From Terriglobia bacterium (GTDB lineage: Bacteria; Acidobacteriota; Terriglobia; JAJPHL01; JAPKYU01): a stretch of 64,000 nucleotides of DNA. Within the stretch, counting starts at the first letter, position 1; each line of letters opens with the position of its first letter. The notes under the pieces were generated by a model that saw only the letters and a list, made by a program, of their open reading frames with translations, was not told where the DNA came from and did not search any database. The translations under genes were made by a program, and so were the position numbers. Shown piece after piece: positions 7,519 through 17,910 of this stretch. The DNA is taken from NCBI GenBank assembly GCA_965206645.1, contig CBDBKE010000004.1:1728001-1792000 (forward strand), read 5' to 3'.

Positions 7519-9003
7519 CTAACTTCTGGAAAGTACGCGGGCGACGGCTTGCTTCCAGCCGGCGTAGAGTTCTTCGCGGCGCCCTGGGTCCAGGCGTGGA
7601 TCAAAGACGCGTTCCTGCTTCCATAGCGTTTCCAGTTCGTCAGTGGTTTCCCAGACGCCCACCGCCAGGCCGGCCAGGTAGGCGGCGCCCAGCGCGGTGG
7701 TTTCAGTGTAGGCGGGGCGAACGACGCGGGCGCCCAACAGGTCAGCCTGAAATTGGAGCAGGAAATCGTTGCGGGCTGCGGCGCCATCCACCCGCAGTTC
7801 GCGGATTTCGACCTGCGCGTCGCGCTGCATGGCTTCGACGAGGTCCCGGGTCTGGTAGGCGATGGACTCCAGCGTGGCGCGTGCGATGTGGGCGGCGGTG
7901 GTGCCGCGCGAAAGGCCCAGGATTGCCCCGCGAGCGTGCGGGTCCCAGTAAGGCGCTCCCAGACCCACAAACGCCGGCACCACGTAGACGCCACCGCTGG
8001 AGGCGACCGACTGCGCCAGCTCCCCGCTGGCAGCCGTGTCGGGAAACAGCCGCAGCGTGTCGCGCATCCAATCCAGTGCCGCGCCCGCCATGAACACGCT
8101 GCCTTCCAATGCATAGGCACGCTGGCCTGCCGGGGAGCAGGCTACGGTGGAAACCAGCCGGTGCCGGGACGGCACCGGCTGGCTGCCGGTGTGCAGCAGC
8201 AGGAAGGTGCCAGTGCCATAGGTGTTTTTCGCCATTCCCGTCCGGAAACAGGCTTGGCCGAAGAGCGCTGCTTGCTGGTCGCCGCCAATGCCGGCGATGG
8301 GAATGGGCGCTCCAAACCATTCCGGATCGCTTTCCCCGCACACCTCCGAGGAGCCGCGTACCGAGGGCAGCACTTCGGCGGGCACCTTGAGCATGTCCAG
8401 CAGGCGTTCGTCCCAGCGGCGCTCCTTGAGGTTAAACAGCAGAGTACGCGAGGCGTTCGAGGCATCGGTGGCGTGCAGGCGCCCCTTGGTCAGCTTGTAG
8501 AGCAGCCAGCAATCCACCGTGCCGAACAGCAGTTCTCCGCCGGCCGCGCGGTGACGCAGGCCGGGCATCGAGTCCAGCAGCCAGCGCAGCTTGGTGCCGG
8601 AGAAATAGGGATCGGCCAGCAGCCCGCTGCAACGCGTGAGTTCCGCCTCCCGCCCATCACGCCGCAATTGCTCGCACAGGTCCGCGGTGCGACGGTCCTG
8701 CCAGACAATGGCGGGGGCCACCGCGCGCCCGCTCTTGCGTTCCCAAAGCAAAGTGGTCTCGCGCTGGTTGCTAATGCCCAGCGCGGCCACCTCGCGCGCT
8801 TGGACGCCGGCGCTGGCCAGCGCCTGGCGGGCGGCTTCCAGCTGCGCCTCCCAGATTTGCTCGGCGGCCTGCTCGACCCACCCCTCGCGGGGATACCGGC
8901 ACTGGATGGGCCGGCTGGCGATGGCTCGTTGCGCTCCCTGCTCGTCAAACAGAATCGCCCGCGCGGTGGTCGTACCTTCGTCCAGTGCCAGTACGTAGCG
9001 CAT
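7519..9003 (-). CDS. glpK: Glycerol kinase
   Basis: MRYVLALDEGTTT, GISNQRET, AIVWQDRRT, DPYFSGTK, GDQQAALFGQ, KNTYGTG, LGAPYWD. Confidence 0.96.
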   Translation of the reverse strand: MRYVLALDEGTTTARAILFDEQGAQRAIASRPIQCRYPREGWVEQAAEQIWEAQLEAARQALASAGVQAREVAALGISNQRETTLLWERKSGRAVAPAIVWQDRRTADLCEQLRRDGREAELTRCSGLLADPYFSGTKLRWLLDSMPGLRHRAAGGELLFGTVDCWLLYKLTKGRLHATDASNASRTLLFNLKERRWDERLLDMLKVPAEVLPSVRGSSEVCGESDPEWFGAPIPIAGIGGDQQAALFGQACFRTGMAKNTYGTGTFLLLHTGSQPVPSRHRLVSTVACSPAGQRAYALEGSVFMAGAALDWMRDTLRLFPDTAASGELAQSVASSGGVYVVPAFVGLGAPYWDPHARGAILGLSRGTTAAHIARATLESIAYQTRDLVEAMQRDAQVEIRELRVDGAAARNDFLLQFQADLLGARVVRPAYTETTALGAAYLAGLAVGVWETTDELETLWKQERVFDPRLDPGRREELYAGWKQAVARVLSRS

Positions 9004-9087
9004 GCGGGCGCTATCAAAGCATGTTTTGGCTGCCTCGTCCACCGCCCCGATGAGGAATCGCCTGCCCGCTGGTGGGCCTTTCGCTGA

Positions 9088-9147
9088 CGCGCGCGGCTCG
9101 GAATCTTCCAACTGCCAGAACGCAAAGGGACTGCCGAGCGTCGCGCG
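9088..9147. repeat. GC-rich REP-like inverted repeat
   Basis: CGCGCGCGGCTCGG (9088-9101) and CCGAGCGTCGCGCG (9134-9147) are 12/14 complementary. Confidence 0.5.
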
Positions 9148-9209
9148 AGTGCGTTTGCGCTTGATTGGCGCCTCGAAGGCGGTGGTCGCAACGCGGTGGA
9201 GAATTGCGG

Positions 9210-9500
9210 CTAGATCTCGTAGTCCACGGCCGCGACGGATTCGCAGCATGGCCGGACCCGCTCGCCCACCGACACATGGTTGGGGTGCTTCTGGTAGCGG
9301 GCCAGCGCAGCTCGGTCCTCGAAGCCGAAGACGAGCGCGACGTCGTAGGAGCGCGGCGACTTCTGGAAGTCTTCTCCAACTTCCGGCTTGAGAATCCCCG
9401 GAACCCGTTCCGGCAGAGCTTTCAGGCGAGCGACGATGTCGGCCCGATCGGCCTCGTTCACATCCGCTTTGAACTTGAAGAACACGACGTGGCGAACCAA
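9210..9500 (-). CDS. Dabb-family stress-responsive alpha/beta-barrel protein
   Basis: VRHVVFFKFK...LKALPERVPGI...FEDRAALARYQKHPNH...AVDYE. TTG start after GGAGG. Confidence 0.85.
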   Translation of the reverse strand: MVRHVVFFKFKADVNEADRADIVARLKALPERVPGILKPEVGEDFQKSPRSYDVALVFGFEDRAALARYQKHPNHVSVGERVRPCCESVAAVDYEI

Positions 9501-9629
9501 GAGCACCTCCCGTAAATTGTGGCGGCAAATTGTGGCAGGGCTGACTGCTCGACCTCCCGCGAGCAAGAGGCTACATTCTACCTGCCTTGTTTCGAAACAA
9601 ATTGGGTCTGGCAGCCGCGCGCGCAGGCT

Positions 9630-10115
9630 TCAGCGGGTGTACTGGGTCGGGTGCGGACCTTCCTCTAGTATCTGACGGTCCCAGATGGCGCCCTCGCGGG
9701 TGTAGTTGGCCAGCTCAAAGTCCTGGGTCAATTCCAGCGCATCGGTTGGGCAGGCGTCTTCGCAGAGGCCGCAGAACATGCAGCGGGAGGTGTCGTAGAT
9801 GAAGGTCGTCAGCAGCTTACGTCCCTTGCCACCCTCGCGATGCCAGCCCACTACGATCAGGTTCTCTGGGCAGGCCAGCGCGCACAGGTCGCAGGCGATG
9901 CACAGCGTCTCGCCATTCTCCGGGCTGATGTTCAGCCGCGGCGCTCCGCGATAGCGCTCCGCCACCTCCGGCCGAACCTTCGGATACTCTTCGGTGCAGA
10001 TGTTCTTCGGGTGCTGGTAGCGGAAGGTGACCGCCAGACCCTTCAGCAGGTCCACCATGAAAATCTTCCGCAGCCACTCGGAGAGGCGGAAGCCGTTGGT
10101 GAGCTTTTCGGCCAT
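9630..10115 (-). CDS. nuoI: NADH-quinone oxidoreductase subunit I (2x[4Fe-4S])
   Basis: YP...RYRG, CIACDLCALACP, CMFCGLCEDACPTDAL. Confidence 0.9.
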   Translation of the reverse strand: MAEKLTNGFRLSEWLRKIFMVDLLKGLAVTFRYQHPKNICTEEYPKVRPEVAERYRGAPRLNISPENGETLCIACDLCALACPENLIVVGWHREGGKGRKLLTTFIYDTSRCMFCGLCEDACPTDALELTQDFELANYTREGAIWDRQILEEGPHPTQYTR

Positions 10116-10210
10116 TACTAACCTGCTCTAGTATGCAATGGAAACGCTGCTGACGCAAGTATGCACTATCAGATGAGCCCGCCATTGGCCAAAGGTGAGG
10201 AAGCAGTCCG

Positions 10211-12109
10211 TCAAGCGCGGACTTCCTGATCCCTGTATTGCAACTGGTAGAGCTTCCAATAGATGCCGCGGACGGCGAGCAACTCCTGGTGGGTGCCGGA
10301 CTCGCGCAGCCGCCCCTTGTGCATCACCAGAATGCAGGCGGCGCGCTGCACGGTGGAAAGCCGGTGGGCGATGATGATCGAGGTGCGGCCCATCACCATG
10401 CGGTCGAGCGCCTCGCGCACCCGTATTTCGGTTTCCGTATCCACACTGGAGGTGGCCTCGTCCAGCACCAGGATTCGCGGGCGATGCGCCAGCGCGCGGG
10501 CGAAGCTGATGAGCTGCTTCTGGCCGGTTGACAACGTCGCCCCCCGCTCGCGGACCTCCTCGTGGAAGCCGCCGGGCAGCGAGCGGATGAAATCCGCCAG
10601 GTTCACCTGTTCGACAGCCTCTTCCAGGTCGCCCAGCTCCAGATGTTCGCTGCCCAGACGGATGTTGCGCTCCACGGTGCCGGAGAACAGGAACGGGTCC
10701 TGCAGCACGACGCCGAACAGGCGGCGCAGCTCGGTCAGCTCCAACTGGCGAAGATCCACGCCGTCCAGCAGAATCTGGCCGCGCTGCACGTCGTAGAATC
10801 GCAGCAGCAGGCTGCTCAGGGTGGTCTTACCCGCGCCGGTGTGCCCGACAATGGCCACCGTTTCGCCCGGAGCAATGGTGAAGGAAACATCCTTTAGCAC
10901 CCACTCCGGCTCGGCGGGCGGGTTCCCGTCGCCCGCCGGCACCTTTTCCGATCGCCGGCTGGGCGCGCCCCGGTAGGCAAACCAGACGTTGCGGAACTCG
11001 ATTCGTCCCTTTACGTGGTCCAGTCGGACAGGAGTGGCCGGCGAGGTCACCTCCACGGGAGTATCCAGCAATTTGAAGACGCGCTCGGCGCTGGCCATGG
11101 CCCCTTGCAGGATGTTGTACTTCTCGCTCAAATCCATGATCGGCCGGTAGAAGCGCTGCGCATACTGGATGAACGCCACCACCACCCCCAGCGTCAGCGT
11201 CTCGTCCAGCACTCGCAGCCCGCCGTACCACAGAACTAGTCCGATGGCCACGGCGCTCAGGATTTCCACCGTCGGGTAGAACAGGGCGTGGGCGAAGATG
11301 GCGTCCTTGAAAGCCCCCATGTGCCGCCGATTGACTGTCTTGAATTCCCGGAAGCTTTTCTCCTCCCGGTTAAACAGTTGCACCACGGCCATGCCGCTGA
11401 TGTGTTCCTGCAGATACGCATTGATGCGCGCGATGGCGGTGCGGATCCGCCGGTAGGAATCGCGCACCCGCTTGCGAAACAGCGCCGTGGCCAGCGCGAT
11501 CAGGGGCAGCACGGCGAAGGTGACCAGGGCCAGGGGCGCATTCATCCACAGCATAACCACCATGATCGCTGTCAGCGTGAAGCAGTCGCCGAAGATGGCG
11601 ATCACACCCGAGGCGAACATTTCGTTAAGGGCGTCAATGTCGGTCGTCAGCCGGGTCACCAGCCGCCCGACCGGATTGCGGTCAAAGAAGCCCACGTGCA
11701 GCCGTTGCAGGTGGCTGAAAATCTGCATCCGCAGGTCAAACATCGCCTTCTGTCCGGCCAGCTGCATCGTATAGGTCTGCAAGAACTCGACGGCAAAGGA
11801 GGTCACCAGAACCAGGATGTAGAGGATGGCAATCTGGGTGAGGCCGCGGAAGGTGTCAGGGCTCAGGTAGGCGTCCAGGAAGGTGAGGCGTTGGCCGGAC
11901 GACTCGGTCAGGTAGCGGTCCACCGCCACCTTCGTTAGAAAAGGCCCGACCGCCTGCAAGACGGCGTGCACCAGGATGGCGCCCAGGGCCAGCGCCGCCA
12001 GGAAGACGTAGGGGCGCAGGTAGCGCAGCAGGCGCTTCATCAGGCGCGCGTCGTACGCCTTGCCCAGGACCTCTTCTTCGTGGTGGCCGCTCATTTCAGA
12101 TTGGCTCAT
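10211..12109 (-). CDS. ABC exporter TMD-NBD subunit (MdlB-like)
   Basis: 6-TM domain, GHTGAGKT, degenerate signature LSTGQKQ, LDEATSS. Confidence 0.92.
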   Translation of the reverse strand: MSQSEMSGHHEEEVLGKAYDARLMKRLLRYLRPYVFLAALALGAILVHAVLQAVGPFLTKVAVDRYLTESSGQRLTFLDAYLSPDTFRGLTQIAILYILVLVTSFAVEFLQTYTMQLAGQKAMFDLRMQIFSHLQRLHVGFFDRNPVGRLVTRLTTDIDALNEMFASGVIAIFGDCFTLTAIMVVMLWMNAPLALVTFAVLPLIALATALFRKRVRDSYRRIRTAIARINAYLQEHISGMAVVQLFNREEKSFREFKTVNRRHMGAFKDAIFAHALFYPTVEILSAVAIGLVLWYGGLRVLDETLTLGVVVAFIQYAQRFYRPIMDLSEKYNILQGAMASAERVFKLLDTPVEVTSPATPVRLDHVKGRIEFRNVWFAYRGAPSRRSEKVPAGDGNPPAEPEWVLKDVSFTIAPGETVAIVGHTGAGKTTLSSLLLRFYDVQRGQILLDGVDLRQLELTELRRLFGVVLQDPFLFSGTVERNIRLGSEHLELGDLEEAVEQVNLADFIRSLPGGFHEEVRERGATLSTGQKQLISFARALAHRPRILVLDEATSSVDTETEIRVREALDRMVMGRTSIIIAHRLSTVQRAACILVMHKGRLRESGTHQELLAVRGIYWKLYQLQYRDQEVRA

Positions 12110-12181
12110 TGCCCATTGGACGATTGAGGATTTTCGTCAATGCCCCCGTCAATAACCCAATGATTCAAACGTTCATTGATA

Positions 12182-13936
12182 CTATGCTTTCTCTAGTTCC
12201 TCCTCGAGCAGTTGCTTCTGATAAAGATCGGCGTAATAGCCGCCACGCGCCAGCAATTCGTCGTGGGTGCCGCCCTCGACGATTTCCCCCTGCTCCAGCA
12301 CCACGATCCAGTCGGCGGCGCGGACGGTGGAGACGCGGTGGGAAATCAGAATGGAGGTCCGCCCCCGCATCATTTCTGCCAGCCGAGTCAGGATGCGCTC
12401 CTCGGTGTAGGTGTCCACGCTGGACAGCGCGTCGTCCAGCACCAGAATGCGGGGGTCGCGCACCAGGGCGCGGGCGATGGCGGTGCGCTGCTTCTGTCCG
12501 CCGCTCAGGGTGATGCCGCGCTCGCCGACCAGCGTCTGGAACTTCTCCGGAAACTCCTCGACGTCGGGCAGCAGCCCGGCGACTTCGGCTGCCCAGCGCA
12601 CGCTGGCATCCTCAGCTTCCGGGGCCCCGAAGGCGATGTTCTCCCGGAGAGTGTCGCTGAACAGGAACGTCTCCTGAGGCACGAAGCCGATTTGGCGCCG
12701 CAGCGCTTCCAGCGACCACTGGCGGATGTCTACGCCGTCCAGCAGCACGGTGCCTGGCGGGGCATCGAACAGACGAGGGATCAAGTTCACCAGCGTGGTC
12801 TTGCCCGAGCCGGTGTGGCCGACGACGGCCACGGTCTGGCCGGCGGGGATCCGCAGGTTCACGTTGCGCAACACTGGCCGGCCGTCGTAGGCGAAGCTCA
12901 AGTTGCGGAACTCAATCTCGCCGTGAATCTCGCCCAGCCGCGCCGGTTCTGCGGGGGAAGCGATTTCGACCGGCTCTTCCAGGATTTGGCGGATGCGCCC
13001 GGTGGATGCAGCGCCGCGCTCGGCCAGATTGACCACCCAGCCCAGCGCGATCATCGGCCAGGTGAGCTGCACCAGGTAGACGTTGAAGGCCACAAACGAG
13101 CCGAGCGAGATGCGCTCCGCGTCGACCGCCAGCCCGCCCATCCATAGCACGATCACGAACGCCAGCCCGATCAGCACCTGCAGCAGCGGATAAAACATCC
13201 CCCATAACTTGACCAGCCCGATGTTGTGCCTGACGAACTCCTGACTGGCTGCGCGGAACTGGGCGATTTCGGCCTCCTCCTGCGCATACGCCTTCACCAC
13301 CCGCATGCCGGAGAGGTTCTCCTGCACGCGGGCGCTCAGCTCGCTGAACATGGCCTGGATGCGCTCAAAGCGGTCGTGGATACGCCGGCCGAAGTAGATC
13401 ACCGCCAGGGTGACGGCCGGAACCGGCGTGAACGCCATCAAGGTCAGCCGCCAGTCCAGCCGCAGCATGATGGCCATCGCGAAGACCATCACCATCAGGG
13501 TGTTGGCCGAATACATGATGCCGGGGCCGAGCAGCATGCGGGCGGCGTTCAGGTCGTTGGTGGCCCGCGCCATGATGTCGCCGGTACGGTTGCGGTGGTA
13601 GTAGGCGAGCGAGAGGCGCTCCAGGTGGCGGAACAGGTCGTTGCGCAGGTCGTACTCGATGTCGCGAGAGATGCCAATCAAGATCCAACGCATCCAGTAT
13701 TGGAAGAAGCCCTTGGCGCAGGCGACCCCGATCAGCGCCAGCGCGTAGAACATCAGCTTCTCATGGGGCAGCGATTGGGTTTGGGTCAGGCTGTCAACGG
13801 CTGCCTTCAGCAGCAGCGGCATGGCCAGCCAAGCGACGTTGTTAGCCACCAGAGCCAGCGCGCCTGGCACGTAGCGCCAGCGGTAGCGTCGCAGGTAGGG
13901 GAACAGTAGCCGGACGGCTTCAATCTTGCGTTTCAT
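12182..13936 (-). CDS. ABC exporter TMD-NBD subunit (MdlA-like)
   Basis: GHTGSGKT, LSGGQKQR, degenerate Walker B LDDALS. Start MKRKIE after GAGGG. Confidence 0.92.
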   Translation of the reverse strand: MKRKIEAVRLLFPYLRRYRWRYVPGALALVANNVAWLAMPLLLKAAVDSLTQTQSLPHEKLMFYALALIGVACAKGFFQYWMRWILIGISRDIEYDLRNDLFRHLERLSLAYYHRNRTGDIMARATNDLNAARMLLGPGIMYSANTLMVMVFAMAIMLRLDWRLTLMAFTPVPAVTLAVIYFGRRIHDRFERIQAMFSELSARVQENLSGMRVVKAYAQEEAEIAQFRAASQEFVRHNIGLVKLWGMFYPLLQVLIGLAFVIVLWMGGLAVDAERISLGSFVAFNVYLVQLTWPMIALGWVVNLAERGAASTGRIRQILEEPVEIASPAEPARLGEIHGEIEFRNLSFAYDGRPVLRNVNLRIPAGQTVAVVGHTGSGKTTLVNLIPRLFDAPPGTVLLDGVDIRQWSLEALRRQIGFVPQETFLFSDTLRENIAFGAPEAEDASVRWAAEVAGLLPDVEEFPEKFQTLVGERGITLSGGQKQRTAIARALVRDPRILVLDDALSSVDTYTEERILTRLAEMMRGRTSILISHRVSTVRAADWIVVLEQGEIVEGGTHDELLARGGYYADLYQKQLLEEELEKA

Positions 13937-14171
13937 CCCGCCCTCAAAAGAAAAAGTATACCGTAGCGACAGGCATTCTTGCCTGTTGGCGTCGAACCTA
14001 CCGTGGAAACTGCCGGGCCGGGGGCTAGCCTCTCCGGGCATGTCTCGGCATGCTTTGCGTGCTCAGCTGTCCGTGAATGGCGGCATCCTGCTTTGGAGCG
14101 CTGCACCAACGTCGTTCGGAGTTCGTGCTAACATACATACGGAGAATGTTTTTCTGAGCACGGCAAGAGGC

Positions 14172-15137
14172 GTGGTGGGGTTGTCCGAGGCGATTGCTAT
14201 CCCGGAGAATCAAGCGCCGCCGGGCCCGGTGGCCGGGCGGCGCATCGGCATTCATACGTCCATCGCGGGCGCGCTCTCAAGATCCGCCGAACGCGCTCAC
14301 CACCTCGGTTGCAACACGTTCCGGATTTTCTCCTCCAGCCCCCGCCAATGGAAGCAGTCACGAGTGGATCCGGCCGAAGCGCGCTCCCTGTGGCGGTTGC
14401 GCGAAACCTATGACCTCTATCCGCTGGTCATTCATGACAACTACCTAATCCACCTGGCCTCGTCGGACCCGCGGATTCGCCAGAAATCCATTGAAGCCTT
14501 CCGCGGGGAACTGGAGCGCGCCGTGACCCTGGGTGCAGAATACCTGGTCACGCATCCGGGAAGCGCGGGCAATAGCGACCGCCGCGGTGCCCTTCTTCGG
14601 TTCATCACAGGACTGGAAGAGGCAGCACAGGGAAGAAAAAGGGGCCGGTTGCGCGTGTTGCTTGAGAACACCGCCGGGGGCGGAGGCACGCTGGGATCCG
14701 ACTTCGAGGAGCTACGCACCATCCTGGAGTTGACCGACAGTGTGCCCCTCGGCTGCTGCCTGGACACGGCGCATTGTTACCAGGCCGGCTTCGACCTCTC
14801 CACGGCGAAAGGCCTGGCTGACCTGCAGGCCCGCGTGGAGCGGACCGTGGGCCTGGACTCGGTCCGCGTTGTCCACACGAACGACTCGCGCACCGCGCTC
14901 GGCTCGCGCGCGGACCGCCACGAGCACATCGGATGCGGCGGCATCGGCCTGGCCGGGTTCCGCCGCATCCTGAACCACCCGCGGTTGCGCAACAAAGCCT
15001 TCATCCTGGAGACCCCAATCGAGCGGGAAGGCGACGATCTGCGGAACCTGCAAACCGTGCGCCGCCTGGTCCGGCTGGGAAAAGACAACACGAAGACACA
15101 AAGCCGCAAAGTTCATAAAGGAGGGCTCCGGAATTGA
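14172..15137 (+). CDS. nfo: Endonuclease IV
   Basis: IGIHTSIAG, THPG, LENTAG, CLDTAH, HTNDS, DRHEHIG, ILETP. Start approximate (GTG 14172). Confidence 0.92.
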   Translation: MVGLSEAIAIPENQAPPGPVAGRRIGIHTSIAGALSRSAERAHHLGCNTFRIFSSSPRQWKQSRVDPAEARSLWRLRETYDLYPLVIHDNYLIHLASSDPRIRQKSIEAFRGELERAVTLGAEYLVTHPGSAGNSDRRGALLRFITGLEEAAQGRKRGRLRVLLENTAGGGGTLGSDFEELRTILELTDSVPLGCCLDTAHCYQAGFDLSTAKGLADLQARVERTVGLDSVRVVHTNDSRTALGSRADRHEHIGCGGIGLAGFRRILNHPRLRNKAFILETPIEREGDDLRNLQTVRRLVRLGKDNTKTQSRKVHKGGLRN

Positions 15138-15236
15138 GCTGGAGTACGTCTGCAGATTGCGCAGATTACGATAAGGCCTGCGTGCCCAGTTCTTGCGAAA
15201 TCTGCGGATAGGCGAGCACGGTTTCACAAAACGCGC

Positions 15237-17756
15237 ATGGCAGAGCGAGACTATAACCCGCAGGAAATCGAGCCCAAGTGGCAAAAGCTGTTTGAACAGG
15301 AAAACCTGTACCGGGCCGAGCCAGACCCCAGCCGGCCGAAGTACTACGTGCTGGAGATGCTGCCCTACCCCTCGGGCACACTCCACATGGGGCACGTGCG
15401 CAACTACTCGATCGGCGACGCACTAGCGCGCTACAAGTGGATGCGCGGCCATAACGTGCTGCATCCGATGGGATGGGACGCCTTCGGGCTGCCGGCGGAA
15501 AACGCGGCCATCCAAAACCAGACCCACCCCCGCAACTGGACGCGCGCCAACATCACGTCCATGAAGCAGCAGTTACGCCGGTTCGGGTTTGCTTACGACT
15601 GGAGTAAGGAAATCTCCACCTGCGAGCCGGAATATTACCGCTGGAACCAGTGGTTTTTCCTTCGCATGTATGAGCGCGGCCTGGCCTACCGCAAGCACAG
15701 CCGGGTGAACTGGTGTCCGAAGTGCCAGACGGTGCTGGCCAACGAGCAGGTCAGGGATGGCAACTGCTGGCGCCACGAAGACACCGCAGTCGGCGAGAAA
15801 GAACTGGAGCAGTGGTTCCTGCGCATCACCGACTACGCAGACCAGTTACTGGAAGATGTCGGCAAGCTGAAGCGCTGGCCCGAAAAGGTGCTGACCATGC
15901 AGCGCAACTGGATCGGCCGCTCGGTGGGCGCCCAGATCCAGTTCCGGCTGGCGGACGATCAGGAGACCGCCATCGAAATCTTCACCACCCGCCTGGACAC
16001 GATCTACGGCGCCACCGCGGTGCTGCTGGCCCCTGAACATCCCCTGGTGGAAAAGCTGATCGGCAACACCCCGTGGAGCGCAGGCATGAGAGCCCAGGCG
16101 CAGAAGCTAGTTGCCAGTCGCGGCGAGGGGGAAGGCGAGTTTGAGAAAGAAGGCGTCTTCACTGGGAAATTTGCGGTCAACCCCTTCAACGAGGAGCAGC
16201 TGCCAATCTGGATCGGCAATTTCGTGCTGATGGGGTACGGCACCGGGGCCATCATGGCCGTTCCAGCGCACGATCAGCGCGACTACGAGTTTTGCACCAA
16301 ATACCGCATTCCCGTCCGAACGGTGATTTTCCCGCTGGAAGGGCAACCCCGGGAAGGCGCGGCCTTCATTGACTACGGGCGACTGGTGGAATCGGGCGAG
16401 TTCAGCGGGCACACCTCAGAGCAGGCCATCCGGCGGATGACCGAGCACGTCGAGCGGCACGGGTTCGGCAAAGGCACCATCACCTACCGGCTCCGCGACT
16501 GGGGCATCTCCCGCCAGCGCTACTGGGGGACCCCCATCCCCATCATTTACTGCCCAAGCTGCGGCACCGTTCCGGTGCCTGACGAGCAACTGCCGGTGGT
16601 GCTGCCGCTGGACGTGACCGTCACCGGGACGGGGGGATCGCCACTGGCGCGGGTCGACGAATTTGCCCGCACCAACTGTCCGCGCTGCTCCGGCCCGGCA
16701 CGCCGCGAGACCGATACGATGGACACCTTCGTGGATTCGTCCTGGTACTTTTACCGCTATACCAACCCGGCGGAAGCCGATGGGCCCGTAGACCCACGTG
16801 CAGTCAGCTACTGGTTCCCGATCGATCAGTACATCGGCGGTGTCGAGCACGCCATCCTGCACCTGATCTACTCCCGTTTCTGGGCGAAGATGATGCGCGA
16901 TCTGGGGTTGGTGCCCCACGATGAGCCGGTGGAACGGCTCTTCACCCAGGGCATGGTCATCCGCGAAGGCGCCAAGATGTCCAAGTCGAAGGGCAACGTC
17001 GTGGACCCGGACGTGATGGTGGCCCGTTACGGCGCAGATGCCACCCGCCTCTACACGATGTTCGCCGCTCCGCCGGCCAAAGACCTGGACTGGAACGAGT
17101 CAGGCATCGAGGGCATCGACCGTTTCATGCAGCGGGCCTACCGCTTCGCGGTGCGCAACGCCAGCAAGGCCTGCGGCGGCCAAGTTTCTCGGCAAGTTCC
17201 CGCCACTTCCAAAGTCAGGCGTGCCCGCGACGACGGCAATCCGGTCGCCGCGGTGCAAACTGCCGCCGACCGGGCCACGCAGCGCCGGCTCCATCAGACC
17301 ATCCGGCGCATCACCGACGACTTCGAGGAGCGCTGGCACTTCAACACTTCCATCGCCGCGCTGATGGAACTGTTGAACGAACTATATGCCTCCGAGGAAC
17401 AGCTTTCCCCCGCCGTGTTGCGCGAAGCCCTCGAAAGCTTTGTGCTGCTGCTGGCGCCTTTCGCTCCCTACCTGGCGCAGGAACTGCGGAGTATACTGGG
17501 GCACGACGGCTTGCTCCTGCGGGAGTCCTGGCCCAGCTACAACGCCGAGCTGGCCAGGGAGGAGGAGTTCGAAATCGTGGTGCAGGTGAATGGACGCTTG
17601 CGCAGCCGCCTGGTCGCGGCAGCCGGCACCAGCCAGGAGGAGATTGAACAGCGGGCCCTGGCTGACCCCCGCGTGGCCCAGTTCATGGTCGGCAAGCAAC
17701 TGGTCCGGACCATTGTAGTCCCCAATAAGCTGGTGAACATCGTGGTGCGCGGATGA
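15237..17756 (+). CDS. leuS: Leucine--tRNA ligase
   Basis: MLPYPSG, HMGH, FTTRLDT editing domain, KMSKS, VQVNG. Confidence 0.97.
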   Translation: MAERDYNPQEIEPKWQKLFEQENLYRAEPDPSRPKYYVLEMLPYPSGTLHMGHVRNYSIGDALARYKWMRGHNVLHPMGWDAFGLPAENAAIQNQTHPRNWTRANITSMKQQLRRFGFAYDWSKEISTCEPEYYRWNQWFFLRMYERGLAYRKHSRVNWCPKCQTVLANEQVRDGNCWRHEDTAVGEKELEQWFLRITDYADQLLEDVGKLKRWPEKVLTMQRNWIGRSVGAQIQFRLADDQETAIEIFTTRLDTIYGATAVLLAPEHPLVEKLIGNTPWSAGMRAQAQKLVASRGEGEGEFEKEGVFTGKFAVNPFNEEQLPIWIGNFVLMGYGTGAIMAVPAHDQRDYEFCTKYRIPVRTVIFPLEGQPREGAAFIDYGRLVESGEFSGHTSEQAIRRMTEHVERHGFGKGTITYRLRDWGISRQRYWGTPIPIIYCPSCGTVPVPDEQLPVVLPLDVTVTGTGGSPLARVDEFARTNCPRCSGPARRETDTMDTFVDSSWYFYRYTNPAEADGPVDPRAVSYWFPIDQYIGGVEHAILHLIYSRFWAKMMRDLGLVPHDEPVERLFTQGMVIREGAKMSKSKGNVVDPDVMVARYGADATRLYTMFAAPPAKDLDWNESGIEGIDRFMQRAYRFAVRNASKACGGQVSRQVPATSKVRRARDDGNPVAAVQTAADRATQRRLHQTIRRITDDFEERWHFNTSIAALMELLNELYASEEQLSPAVLREALESFVLLLAPFAPYLAQELRSILGHDGLLLRESWPSYNAELAREEEFEIVVQVNGRLRSRLVAAAGTSQEEIEQRALADPRVAQFMVGKQLVRTIVVPNKLVNIVVRG

Positions 17757-17865
17757 AGATCGCCTGCCCGGGAATCCCTGCTTGGAAATCAAGGAAATCG
17801 AATATTGAGAAACGGAGCAGGTGAAGAGCAAGGTCCCAGGCGACCACCTCACGGCCGCTCCCCCA

Positions 17866-17910
17866 ATTTCTAGGCCATTTTCTAGGCTATTTTCTAGACC
17901 GTTTTCTGGA
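17866..17910 (+). repeat. 12-bp degenerate tandem repeat (TTTTCTAGGCYA, ~3.7 copies) upstream of ldh
   Basis: atttctaggcca ttttctaggcta ttttctagaccg ttttctgga. Confidence 0.85.

Noticed and set aside
9004-9528. 175-aa N-terminal extension of glpK
   Set aside because: It overlaps the Dabb gene in another frame; GlpK motifs begin at ATG 9003.
15138-15236. T-box riboswitch upstream of leuS
   Set aside because: The gap is only ~100 nt, with no T-box consensus or terminator.
17866-17910. CRISPR array (also considered at 54884 and 57231)
   Set aside because: Units are 11-12 bp with no spacers, and there are no cas genes.
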